64,000 nucleotides of DNA from Cyanophora paradoxa CCMP329 (Eukaryota; Plantae; Glaucophyta). A model generated the notes under the pieces. That model had not been told where the DNA came from, made no database searches, and saw nothing but the letters and a program-made list of their open reading frames with translations. The number at the start of each line of letters is the position of its first letter. The first letter of the stretch is position 1. The position numbers and the translations under genes were made by a program. This document shows, piece after piece, positions 35,238 through 45,118 of this stretch. The stretch is from positions 1 to 64,000 of the forward strand of contig QPMI01000228.1 in NCBI GenBank assembly GCA_004431415.1. Reading direction: 5' to 3'.

Positions 35238-38200
35238 ATGATGCAACAAGCGGGTAGGAGACGGCAATCTTTGCATGGAATCTGGAGCTTTTCGTTCTTT
35301 GAGGACGGGAACCTGCCGACCCGCTCGCCGGCAAATGAGGTGCGAGAAGATAAGCCTCATCTAGATTGGCACCTTTATGGCGCAGGAGCTCCTTCATTAT
35401 TGAGCCCACCGGTCAGGTGAAACTCGGCGAGAAGTCGCGGATCCCCGGGGCATGGCAGGCGGACAGGCATGGGCTCGCCCCAGGCTCGGCGTCGACGTTC
35501 CTGCCCGGGCTCGGCGTGTACCGGCAGACCTTCGTGGTTGACGGCGCGTTCGAGCGGCGGCGGATTTTCCTGCGGATCGAGCGCGCGAAGGAGCGGGCTA
35601 CGCTCTGGGTGGCCTCGCCGACGATGCCGGCGGCGCGCTTCGAGCTGGACGCCTTCCCCGCCGACGTGGAGCTCACGCCGCACATCCTCCCGGGCGCCCC
35701 CGTGACCCTTACCCTCGCCGTCGAGGCCGGCGGGGGCGGCTGGGGCGGCCTCGCCGGCGAGCTCCTCCTCGAGGCCCGCCCCCGCACCTTCATCGAGAGC
35801 CTCCACGTCCTCCCCGACCCCGCATCCGGTCCCCGCCCGCCGGCCCTGTACCCCCCCACGCGCCGCCGCCGACCGCTGACCTGGGCGCAGGGACGGTGCG
35901 GGTGCGGGCGCGGCTGGACGGGCCCCTCTCGGGGGACCAGCGCCTGGAGCTGAGCGTGCTGGGCCGGGGCGGGGCGGCGGTGCCGTGCGAGGTGCGCGGC
36001 GGGGCGCTGAGCGGGGGCGAGCTGGACGCCGTGCTCGCGCCGGCCTCGGGGCCCCTCGAGCCCTGGCTCCCCGACGCCGGCCCCGAGGGCCCCGCCCTCT
36101 ACACCCTCCGCGCCGCCCTCCACGAGGGGGCCCCCGCACCCGGCGGCCCCGCCCTGGACGCCCAGGAGCGCTCCTTCGGCCTCTGCGGCGTGGCCGAGGC
36201 GGCGGGGCGGGCGGCCGTGCCCGGCGGCGAGCTCCTCCTGCGCGCCTGCATCGACCCGCTGCACCTCCCCCGGGACCTCGTGCCCCCGCCCGACGCCCGC
36301 TTCTTCGCCGAGCGCCTCGCCGCCGCCGCGCGCCTCGGCTTCAACTGCCTCGTCGTGCCCCGCGCCTCCCCGCTCGCCCCCTACCGCGCGGGGGCGGCCC
36401 ACGCGGCGCTGCCCGAGGAGCTCCTCGCCGCCGCCGACCGCGCCGGCCTCCTCGTCGCCCTCGAGGGGGAGGGCGCGCCCGCCGTCCTCTCCCGCGGGGA
36501 GCCGGCCCTGCGGCACCCTTCCCTCCTCCCCTTCGCCCTCGCCTGCCCCGCCACGCACCCCTTCCGCACCCTCGGCCCCCGCCCCGTGCCCCTCGAGTGG
36601 GTCGGCCCCCGCTCGGGGACCCTGCCGCTGGAGAACGCGGGGCGCGGGCGGGGTGGACGGCCGGCCCCGCCCCGCTGGAGGTGCCCCGGGGGTGCTGCCC
36701 CCGCGCGACGCGGCGGCCGTGCGGCAGCGCTCCGAGGCGGACTTCGCGGCGCGGCTCGCGGCCGCCGTGGAGTCCGCCCGCGCCCGCCGCCTCCCCGGCC
36801 TCGCCGCCCGCCTGCAGGACGCCCCGGCGGGCCCTGCGACGGCGCCCTCGGGCCCGACTCGGCCCCAAGGCGGCGGTCGCGGCGGCCCTCGCCCGCTGCA
36901 ACGCGCCCGTCGCCCTCCTCGCCGGCGGGGCGCGCCCCGCGTACCGCGCCGGCCCGAGGGCGCCGAGGTGCGCCTCGCGGCGCACAACGGGGGGGCCCGG
37001 CCGCTGGCCCCCGCCGACGGCCTTTGGGTAAAGTGGGAGCTGCTGCTCTCGGGCCGCCCCGCCGCCGCCGGGCGCCTCGCCGTGCCCCTCGGCCCCGACG
37101 CCGCCCTCGCCCCGGGGGCGGCCGCCCAGGCCGAGGCGCCCCTCGCCCTCCCGCTGGCGGCCGCCGGCGCCGGCCCCGCCGAGCTGACCCTCGTGGCGGA
37201 GCTGACAGACGGCGCCGGCGCGCGCCTCGCCGCCGGCGCCTGGCCGGCCTTCCTCCTCCCGCCGGCCCCCGCCGTCCTCGCGACGTGCCCGGGCCCCGCC
37301 CCGGCGCTGCGGGCGGCCCCGGGTCCGGAGGCGGCGGCGCTGGCGGCGGCGCTCGGGCTGCCGGCGGGCGAGGGCCGCCCCGCCGCGCTGCTCGTTGCGG
37401 GGGCGCGCCCCGAGGCCCTCGACGCCGCCGCCGTCGTCCTCGAGGCGGGCGGCACCGTCGTCGCCGCCGGGCCCGAGGCCGTCGCCGCGCTCGTCGGGGC
37501 CCCGCGCCCCCGCCCCCGGCCCCGACGCGCCCTTCGAAGCCGTCTACTCGGAGGAGGTGCGCGCTCCGAGGTGCCGCGGGACCGATCCCGCAAGACTTGA
37601 CCCACGCGATCGCAGCACGCGCTGGGGCACGGGCTGCCGGCCGACGTCCTCCCCTCCCACCTCAGCCGCGCCTTCGCCCGCTGGCTCCGCCCGGGGGCCG
37701 CCCCCGCCAAGCCCCTCCCCTCCTCCTCCTCCCGCGGGCGCATCCTCGTCCCGCAGGCGGGCGCCGGCGCGAGCCCCTGGCGGCGCCTCGCCGAGCGCGC
37801 CGCGGGGGGGCTCCCCGGGACCCTCGAGGGCGCGGCGGGGCCGCTGGTGCGGGCGGGCCCCGGGGGGCGGCGGCTGGTGGTGGGGGAGGCGCGCGTAGGT
37901 CCGGGCCTCCTCATAGCCCTCGCCTTCGACCCGTGGGAGGCGGAGGGCGCGCCGCGCCTCCTCCCCGAGGCCGAGCACCTCCTCGCCTCCGCCCTCCGCT
38001 ACGCCGCCTTCGCCGCCGCCCACCCCGCCCCCGCCCCCGCCCCCGCCCCCGCCCACCCCGCCCCCGCACCCGCCCCCGCCCCCGCCCTCCCTAGGCCTCC
38101 CACGAGCCCCGCCGAGAAGGTGGCCTCCTTGGCGAGCGTGCCGGCAGCCCTGGCAGCTGCGGCGGCTGCGGAGGGGGCCGGAGCGGTGCCGGGGCCCCGG

Positions 38201-38287
38201 GCCGGGGAGTCCGGGGAGGCGGAGGAGTTCTATCTGGTGCTGGCGGAGGATGTCGACGCCGCCGAGCTCCCCGCCCCGCGCTCCTAG
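35238..38287 (+). CDS. Glycoside hydrolase family 2-like protein (sugar-binding, Ig-like and degenerate TIM barrel); start approximate
   Basis: SLHGIWSF|...IPGAW...GVYRQTF...RRIFLRIE; LEPW.PD..PALYTL; SFG; RLGFN...PEELLAAADRAGLLVALE...HPS. Confidence 0.7.
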
Positions 38288-38512
38288 CCGCTGAGCTTCA
38301 CAGCCCCGTCCCGCTCCCGCCTGGCCCCGCCTCGAAACTTTCCCCCAAACTCTTGAACTCTCTGCTTTTTTGTTTTGCTAAAGCGTAAGCTGATGAGTAT
38401 ACGTTTGTGAACGCGAATGCTAGACTACTCTCAAAAAGGACATAAGCTGCCGTACATGTACACGAACTAGATAGCAAAACCGAAGGGAGCGGCCGGGCTG
38501 GAAGCGAGGAAA

Positions 38513-41500
38513 CTAGGTCTTGCAGGAGACGCCGTAGGTGGAGGAGGCGAGGGGCACGCAGGAGCAGATGACGAGGGTGTTCTGCGTGAAAGGTGTCCCC
38601 GAAACGCCCGGCCCCGTCACCGAGAAGGTGTTCGCCGCGCGCGTGTTCCACACGTAGACCGTCGTCCCCACCGTCGTCGCGTCGCACTGCGCGCGGGCCG
38701 GCGGGCGGTGAGCGCTGCGCGCTGCTTCGTCTCGCGTCGCGGGGACGGGCGCACGTGGAAGTAGACGGGCTGCGTGGTGGTCGTCGACGCGGAGGCGACG
38801 TCGAAGGTCACCACGTTCGCCGACGCCACTGCGCGTGCGCGGGGGAGGCCCGTCAGGCGGCGCGCGGCCGGCGCGGGCGCGCCCCGCACCCGCCAGCTGG
38901 TCGTCCCGCGTCTGCTGCGCCGTGGGGCAGCTCCCGCTGCGCACGCGGCGCCTCAGGCCAGGCAGGCAGCTCGGGCGAAGCGGCGGCGCAGCAAGCAAGC
39001 AGACGCGGACCCCGTGCCCATCAGGCAGTAGCCGGCGGGGCCGGTGGCGGCGGCCGGGAGGTGGACGCTGGCGTACGCGCTCTTCATCTGGGGGCGCGGG
39101 GGCGTCAGAGCCCTGGAGAGGGAAGGGGAGGGGGCGGGGCGGGGCGCCTGGAAGCGGGAGAGGAGGGAGATGGAGCCCTGGGAGGCGGCCTCGAGGCGGA
39201 GGTCGCCCGTGGCCGCCTTGATCGGCCCCCCCACGATCACCTGCCCCGAGTTGCGGGGGTTGAGGGTCAGGTCCGGCGAGCTGCTCCCGGCGTCCACCTC
39301 GATCGTGGAGCTGCCGCCCACGAGGAGCTTCCCCGTCCCCGCGGGGTTCAGCTGCCGCGCGGGTGAGCCTCGGGGGAGCGAGCGGGAGGGGCGGGTGGCG
39401 GGGCGGGGCGGGGGCGGACGCGGAGGTCCTGGGAGGCGCCGCCGGGGAGGGCCTCGATGGTGCGCGTGCCGCCCACGAAGACGGAGCCCGAGGTCGAGGA
39501 GGCCTCGTTCAGGACGACGTTGCCCGAGCCCGAGGCCGCGAGCACGAGGTCCGCCGTGCTCGCCGCCGCCGTCTCCGGCTGCACCGCCGCCCGGTACGCC
39601 CCGTTGCTCGAGGCCGCCGAGACGAGGAGCTTCCCAGACGAGGGGCGCAGCGTGAGGGGCCCGTCCGTGGCGCCCTCGATGGTGCGGGCGCCGCCGAGGA
39701 GCACGCGGCCGCCGACGATGTCGCCGTTGAGGACCACGTCGCCGTACGTCGTCGTGCTCCCGCTCGTCGCCGACCCAGCGTTGATCTGCCCCGCCCCGCC
39801 TCAGCGGCCCGCTAGCTAGCGAGCCGGCCCGGCCCGGCGCACGCGGAGGTCCTGGTCGGAGGCGGTGCCGGCGGCGGCGATCGTCGGGGTGGCCCCCGAG
39901 ACGAGCAGGCGGCCCGTGCCGGCCGGCGCGAGCGTCAGGTCCTGGTTCGGGAAATTCGCCGAGGAGGCCGCCTGCGGAGGGAGCCGCGCTGAGCGAGCGA
40001 GCTCTGCCGCCTCGGAGCGCTCGGAGCGGGGCGCACGGTGATGGTGGCGGAGCCGCCGAGGAGGAGCCGGCCGGCGCCGCCGTGGGCGTTGACGACGACG
40101 TCGCCGTCGCCGGCCGCGTTCACGTTCAGATCAACGTTCGCAGAGGAGGTGATCGCAGAGGCCGCCGCCGCCAAAGTCGGGGCCTGCGAGGGGCCTCAGG
40201 CCGCCGCCCGGTGGCCGCGCCCACGCCGGACGGGTCGCACGAGGGAGGACTGCTGGGAGTTGATGAGGACGCGGCCGGTGCCGGCGGGGTTCAGCTGCGC
40301 GCGCGTCAGCCGCGTCGGGGCGGGGCGGGGCGGGGGCGGGGCGGGGAGGGGGGCGGGGCGCGCGATGAGGTCCTGGGAGAGGCCGGACTGCGTGGCCGCC
40401 TCGATGGTGCGCGAGCCGCCGATCTGCACCCGCCCCAGCTGCGACGGGTTCAGGAACACGTCCCCGTTCCCCGCCGCGTTCAGCTGCCCCCCGCGCGTCA
40501 GGCCGAGAAGCGAGGGGAGGGGAGTGCGGGGCGGGGCGCGGACGTTGAGGCTGACGTCGCCGGCGGCGGCGGACTGGACCTGCGGGGGCGTGAGGCTCCG
40601 GGAGAACGGGGAGCCGAGGGGCGGGGGCGCGCGTTGGCGACGACGACGGTGGGGTGGGTGCCCCCGACGACGAGCTTCCCGTCCCCCGCCGGCGAGATGA
40701 AGAGGTCCTGCCGGCCCCTCAGCGCGGGGCGCCCAGGCTCGAGCGGGGCGCGGGCCTTGCTGTTGAGGGGCGACGACGCGTCCGGCATCGCCTCGATGGT
40801 GCGGGTGCCGCCGATGCGGACGGCCCCGCCCGAGGCCTGCGCGTGCAGGCGGATGTAGCCCGAGCCGACGGAGCGCAGGTTCAGGTCCGTCGAGGCCGAC
40901 GCCGGGTCCCCGGAGCTGCCCCGCAGCTCAGAGTGGGGGGCGTGCGCGCGGGGCGGGGGCGCCGGGGCGCGCACCGGATGGCGGCGACCTGCAGGGTGGC
41001 GGGGACGGACTGGCCGGCGACCACGCGCACGGTGCCCGAGCCCGGCTGGAGCGTGATGTCGTTTCCGGCCGCCAGGGTGAGCTCCGAGGCGCTGGGCGCC
41101 TGCAGCGTCGAGGTCTGGACGGCGCCGAGCACGGCGACCTTGCCGTTGACGCCCGGGTTGAGGGTGATGTCCTGGGTCGGCGCGCTCGACGTGGAGCTGA
41201 TGGTCGCCGCCCCCGCCAGGAAGAGCGTCCCGCTCCCGCCCGGCCGCCCCACGTACATGTCCCCGGAGACAAAGAGCGACTTCGGCGGGAAGAGCGTCGA
41301 CGACCGTGCGTAGTAGCCTGACGCGAGAGCTTAGCTAACGCCGGCGAGCCGGCTGGGGCCTCTCAAGGAAACGCTGCCGCATCGCGCGACAGGCGACCGC
41401 GGGGAGCTACACACCGATCTGTGCGCTTTCCTCTAAGATAACGTGGCTCCTTGCCTACGCGCGAGGGATGGCGTGTCACTGGCGCCGGGTGACGGCAGGC

Positions 41501-41736
41501 GCGACACTTGCCGTGCTTCCGGATGGCCGGTCGACGTCGGCGTCTGCGGTGACAGGGCTACCCTCAGCTTGGGAGAGAGTAACATTGGGATCTTTTCGTG
41601 CTCTCTGGCGGGTGGGACAGCTAGCTAGGGCCGGCCGACCTGAAACTGAAACCCAAGCATGCGAGAGCGTCGGGGACAAGACCAGGGCAAGCAGCACGAG
41701 CTTGGCCGCTGCCGACGGCCTCCTACACGCTCTCAT
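38513..41736 (-). CDS. Secreted repetitive beta-strand (fibre-like) protein, paralog A, many introns
   Basis: Signal peptide MRACRR..KLVLLALVLSPTLSHA|WVS; repeats D(L/I)xLxPxGxGx(V/L)xxGGxxTI; Cys-containing C-terminal domain VG.TVYVWN...CSCVPLASSTYGVSCKT. Confidence 0.75.
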
Positions 41737-41821
41737 CGCGGCTGGCAGCGCTGTACTGGCTGCTGGAGCGCGGATAAGCGGAGAGACCGTTGTTGTCAAC
41801 TCGGAACCCTGGGGATTTCGT

Positions 41822-42003
41822 GGGTCGGCGGTACCCCCCCGGGACCGGCGTGCGGGGGGGTCGAGCCAGGCGTGGCCCGCCACGGGTACGCCGACCCGCC
41901 ACCGCCACGCGTGACCCCCGTGACTCCCGTGACACCCGTGACGCGGGCGGTGGTCGGACCGGCGGCGAACCGGCGAGTCCGGGATGACGTCACGGTGACG
42001 TCA
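41822..42003. repeat. Branched hairpin (41822-41897), four 9-bp-period GTGAC iterons inside an inverted repeat (41899-41953), and a double TGACGTCA palindrome (41985-42003)
   Basis: GGGTCGGCGGTACCC/GGGTACGCCGACCC stem; GTGAC at 41911, 41920, 41929, 41938 bracketed by CCACCGCC/GGCGGTGG. Confidence 0.85.
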
Positions 42004-42058
42004 GCGCTCGCGCCTGATTCGCCATTGATGTTACATGAAAGGACAATGTTCCGATTCA

Positions 42059-42185
42059 GCCGTCGCCAACCCGACGCGACCCGATGCGCGCCGACCGTCG
42101 GCCGTGCTGTATAAGCCGACTCTAGGCGCCGTCACCATGACGGTGACGGTAAACCCTGCGGAGTTGAATCAAGGGTTCGACTCCC
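42059..42185 (+). repeat. Island repeat R1 (TATAA, CCGTCACC/GGTGACGG hairpin, T-loop/B-box GGTTCGACTCC)
   Basis: Core about 62 bp nearly identical to R2 and R3. Confidence 0.9.
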
Positions 42186-42190
42186 CGCGG

Positions 42191-42308
42191 GCCCGTCGCC
42201 GACCCGACGCGCGCCGAACGTCGAGCGCGCCACCAGAGGCGAGCATAGGCGCCGTCACTCTGACGGTGACGGTAAACCCTGCGGAGTTGAATCAAGGGTT
42301 CGAATCTC
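42191..42308 (+). repeat. Island repeat R2 (TATA segment replaced; ends GGTTCGAATCT)
   Basis: Tandem to R1. Confidence 0.9.
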
Positions 42309-42327
42309 GGCGGGTCCCGTTTGGCCG

Positions 42328-42981
42328 ATGGCGCGTCGGGCGCTGGTGCGGTCCTTTCGCGCCCGCCAGTACGGTCGCGGCGCTCTGATGCATGATTGGC
42401 AGCGCGAGCAGTTCAACGGACGGGCGGCGGCCGGCGGCGCGCTCGGCGAGGATTTGAACCGCGAGGGCCACGTGGTGGTGCTGGCGAACGCCGCCGTGCA
42501 CGTGGCGCACTGCGTGAACGACGCGCTGCACGAGATGCGCGCGGGCGCCGGCGACCCGTTTGTGTACAACCCGCTGCTCGTCGCGGCGGTTGCCGGCGTC
42601 CAATCGGCGCTGGACGGCGTCGCGAGCTTCTGCGACCGGCACTTCCCGAGCGGCGAGCGGCGGGAAGACAAGCTCTTCTTCGACAGCTACCGTTTCGCGC
42701 ACCAGTGGCTCGAGCCGGTCGAGCGCGCGCGCCTGGCGCTCCGGCGGCCCGACTTCTACAACGGCGGCGACTTTGCCGCCGTCGCCAACCGCGCCAAGCA
42801 CACGCTCCCGTGGTTCGGCGTCGCGTCGGCGGACGCGGACGGCGCGCTCGACGTCCGCGACGCCGCCGGCCGCCGCCTGGTCGCCGGCACGGTCGCGCCC
42901 GCCTACCGCCTGCTCTGCCAGTGCGTGGCCGCGCTCGCCGTCCAGTGCGGCGTGCGCCTCCGCGAGTGGCCCGCGGTCTGA
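42328..42981 (+). CDS. Intronless hypothetical protein, HEPN-like candidate 1 (217 aa)
   Basis: Complex-composition ORF; alignable over about 165 aa with 43851-44468; helical, with an N-x-x-K-H motif (VANRAKH). HEPN assignment is tentative. Confidence 0.75.
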   Translation: MARRALVRSFRARQYGRGALMHDWQREQFNGRAAAGGALGEDLNREGHVVVLANAAVHVAHCVNDALHEMRAGAGDPFVYNPLLVAAVAGVQSALDGVASFCDRHFPSGERREDKLFFDSYRFAHQWLEPVERARLALRRPDFYNGGDFAAVANRAKHTLPWFGVASADADGALDVRDAAGRRLVAGTVAPAYRLLCQCVAALAVQCGVRLREWPAV

Positions 42982-43039
42982 CGATCGTTCGCACTGCCGC
43001 GGCCCGTGATGAATGCGAATATATATACGACAGTACTAC

Positions 43040-43762
43040 CTAACCAGACAAACCAGACTCCTCGGCTATCGAGAGGCTCAGCGATGCGTATCGGACGGTG
43101 AGGACCAGGCGGTTTGCGACGAAGTACGAGGCTCCGAGCACGCAGGCCTTGCTGAAGTGCGAGTGCGACTCGTACACCGTGGCCGGTCGGCCGTTGACCA
43201 GGAGCGTGGCGCCGAGCGCCGAGACAGACGAGAGGCCGAGCGCCTCGATGACGTCGCCCGAGACGTAGGTGTGCGGCGAGCCCGTGTCGATGATGAATGG
43301 GGCGAACACGGCGCGCCCGCGCCTCGCGGCGACCGACAGGACTGCGAGCGGCCGGCTGTTGGGGCCGGCGATCTGGCCCTCGACGGGGAACGCGGGGCGG
43401 CGGTCCGGCGGGACTTCTGCGAGGTAAGCGACGCCGAACAGCTGAGCGATTGACTCCAGGTCGCTGCGGTCACGGATGTCCGTGAGCAGGACGTCGAACT
43501 GCTTCGGCGTCACGAGCGCCGGGTGCGCGTCCGCGAGCCCGGCGGCCTGCATGCTTCTGAACAGGAGCGCGAGTGGCGCGAGCGCTGAGTCGATCTCAGA
43601 GAGCTCCGGCGACTTGTCGGGCACGTTGACCCGGATCAACCGAAGCTCCGAAAGAACGTCCGCGATGTTGGCCGCATCGCCGCGCAGGGCTGCGACTGGT
43701 CGGAGCCCGGCCGGCAGCGCGCCGAGCGCCGCTGCAGCCGCCGCCGCCTCGGCGCTTTCCAT
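43040..43762 (-). CDS. Intronless retropepsin-like (clan AA) aspartic protease, 240 aa
   Basis: FIIDTGSPHTYVS catalytic motif and downstream hydrophobic VLG motif (ACVLGASYF); no gag/RT neighbours. Confidence 0.8.
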   Translation of the reverse strand: MESAEAAAAAAALGALPAGLRPVAALRGDAANIADVLSELRLIRVNVPDKSPELSEIDSALAPLALLFRSMQAAGLADAHPALVTPKQFDVLLTDIRDRSDLESIAQLFGVAYLAEVPPDRRPAFPVEGQIAGPNSRPLAVLSVAARRGRAVFAPFIIDTGSPHTYVSGDVIEALGLSSVSALGATLLVNGRPATVYESHSHFSKACVLGASYFVANRLVLTVRYASLSLSIAEESGLSG

Positions 43763-43850
43763 CAAAGACCCTAGTTCGAGCCCCCGCGGGCCCCGTTCGG
43801 CGCCGTGTTCGCTGGCTCGGCGCTTCTTTCGCACGTCGACGGTGAAACCC

Positions 43851-44468
43851 ATGGCGGACGACGCGTTCCCGCTGCTGTCTGACGGTTCGCGCTTCTGGCA
43901 GGTGATGCGCGGCGCGCGGGAACCGGCCGCCAGCGGCCTCAACGCCGCCGGCCACCTGGGCACTGTGCGGGCCGCGGTGTGCGTGGTCGGCGCGCTCGTC
44001 TGCCAGGCCCAGGAGCTGTGCGCCGGGGCCGGGGCGCCGGCGGCGGACGAGCTGAACGGGCTGGCGTTCACCGCCACCGTGAGCCTGGCGGCGCTGCTGG
44101 ACAGCGTCGCGCACTACTGCGAGCGCGCGCAGCCGCGCGGCCCGTACCGCCGCGACGGCAACATATACTTCGCAAGCTACCCGTTCGCGCAGAGCGATTT
44201 CCGATTCGTCGCGGAGGCCCGCGCGCGGCTCGGCGAGCTGGCGTTCGCCGGCAAGCCGTTCGCCACGCTCGTCAACGAGCTCAAGCACCACTGCCCGCAC
44301 GTCGGCCAGCCGTCGCTCTTCGGCCGCACGGGCCACTGCGACCTGCACGACGGCACGGGCCGCGGCTACGTGTACGACGTCCTCGTGCCGGCCTATCGGA
44401 TCGCGCGCGACACCGTCGCGCGCCTCGCGGCCCTGTCGCCGCCGCCGCCCGGCTTCCCCCACCCGTGA
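43851..44468 (+). CDS. Intronless hypothetical protein, HEPN-like candidate 2 (205 aa)
   Basis: Paralog of 42328-42981 (LDSVAHYCER/LDGVASFCDR, IYFASYPF/LFFDSYRF, LVNELKH/VANRAKH, VPAYR/APAYR). Confidence 0.75.
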   Translation: MADDAFPLLSDGSRFWQVMRGAREPAASGLNAAGHLGTVRAAVCVVGALVCQAQELCAGAGAPAADELNGLAFTATVSLAALLDSVAHYCERAQPRGPYRRDGNIYFASYPFAQSDFRFVAEARARLGELAFAGKPFATLVNELKHHCPHVGQPSLFGRTGHCDLHDGTGRGYVYDVLVPAYRIARDTVARLAALSPPPPGFPHP

Positions 44469-44525
44469 TGAACGTGAACATACGTGCCACCCAGCACGCT
44501 CGCGGGTCGGGTGCCGGTCCTGGGT

Positions 44526-44613
44526 GTCGAGCGTGCTGTATAAACCGACTATAGGCGCCGTCACCATGACGGTGACGGTAAACCCTGCGGAGTTGAATCG
44601 AGGGTTCGAGTCC
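44526..44613 (+). repeat. Island repeat R3 (TATAA, hairpin, GGTTCGAGTCC)
   Basis: Near-identical to the 3' 85 bp of R1. Confidence 0.9.
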
Positions 44614-44964
44614 CTACGAAACCTGAATGAGACCTCGCATGACGTCCGGGTCCATGTAGCCGGCGGTGAGCATGAGCGCGAGCCCTGACGTCATTGTAAG
44701 CTTTGCCGGGCCGACGCGCCCGACCATGAACGTGAGGAGCAGCATCACCACGCCGAGCGGCGCGCTTCCCTTCCAGCCGAAGCGGCCGTGGAGGCCGCGG
44801 AAGGCCTTGTACAGGCCGTACGGCGCCGTCGTGGCCAGCAGCAGCACCAGCGCGTAGAGCGTCAGCTTGAGCTCGAGCTCGCCGCCGTCATCCTCCGCGG
44901 CCTGCTGCTGCGGCTGCGTCGTCGAGGCCTGCGCGCCCGGCGGTCGTGACTCGGCGTTACCCAT
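44614..44964 (-). CDS. Small intronless membrane protein (116 aa) with N-myristoylation motif
   Basis: Starts MGNAES (MGxxxS); 2-3 hydrophobic segments; exactly fills the R3-R4 interval. Confidence 0.6.
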   Translation of the reverse strand: MGNAESRPPGAQASTTQPQQQAAEDDGGELELKLTLYALVLLLATTAPYGLYKAFRGLHGRFGWKGSAPLGVVMLLLTFMVGRVGPAKLTMTSGLALMLTAGYMDPDVMRGLIQVS

Positions 44965-44997
44965 GGTCACTCATTGCGCTCGAAAAAAACGCGCGCG

Positions 44998-45038
44998 GCC
45001 CGTCGCCGACCCCACGCGCGCCGACCGTCGAGCGTGCT
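44998..45038 (+). repeat. Island repeat R4 (5' part of the unit only)
   Basis: GCCCGTCGCCGACCCCACGCGCGCCGACCGTCGAGCGTGCT matches the starts of R1/R2 and R3. Confidence 0.8.
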
Positions 45039-45054
45039 ATGGGATGAATCCGAT

Positions 45055-45118
45055 CCGTCACGGGTCGAAGGCCGGCGGACGCGTCGCCGTCACCGACGGT
45101 GACGCGTCACCGTGACGC
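45055..45118. repeat. Overlapping GTCAC/GTGAC palindromes
   Basis: CGTCACCG-A-CGGTGACG (45088-45104), GGTGACGCGTCACC (45098-45111), GCGTCAC-C-GTGACGC (45104-45118). Confidence 0.8.

Noticed and set aside
42123-42195. R1-R3 as bona fide tRNA genes
   Set aside because: T-arm present but no convincing acceptor stem, D-arm or 7-nt anticodon loop, and no T-run terminator
42137-42388. Peptide MTVTVNPAELNQGF encoded by the repeats
   Set aside because: ATG is lost in R2 and downstream frames are unrelated; conservation is better explained at nucleotide level
42059-45038. R1-R4 as a CRISPR array
   Set aside because: Units of 85-125 bp, irregular gene-sized intervals, no cas genes, eukaryotic context
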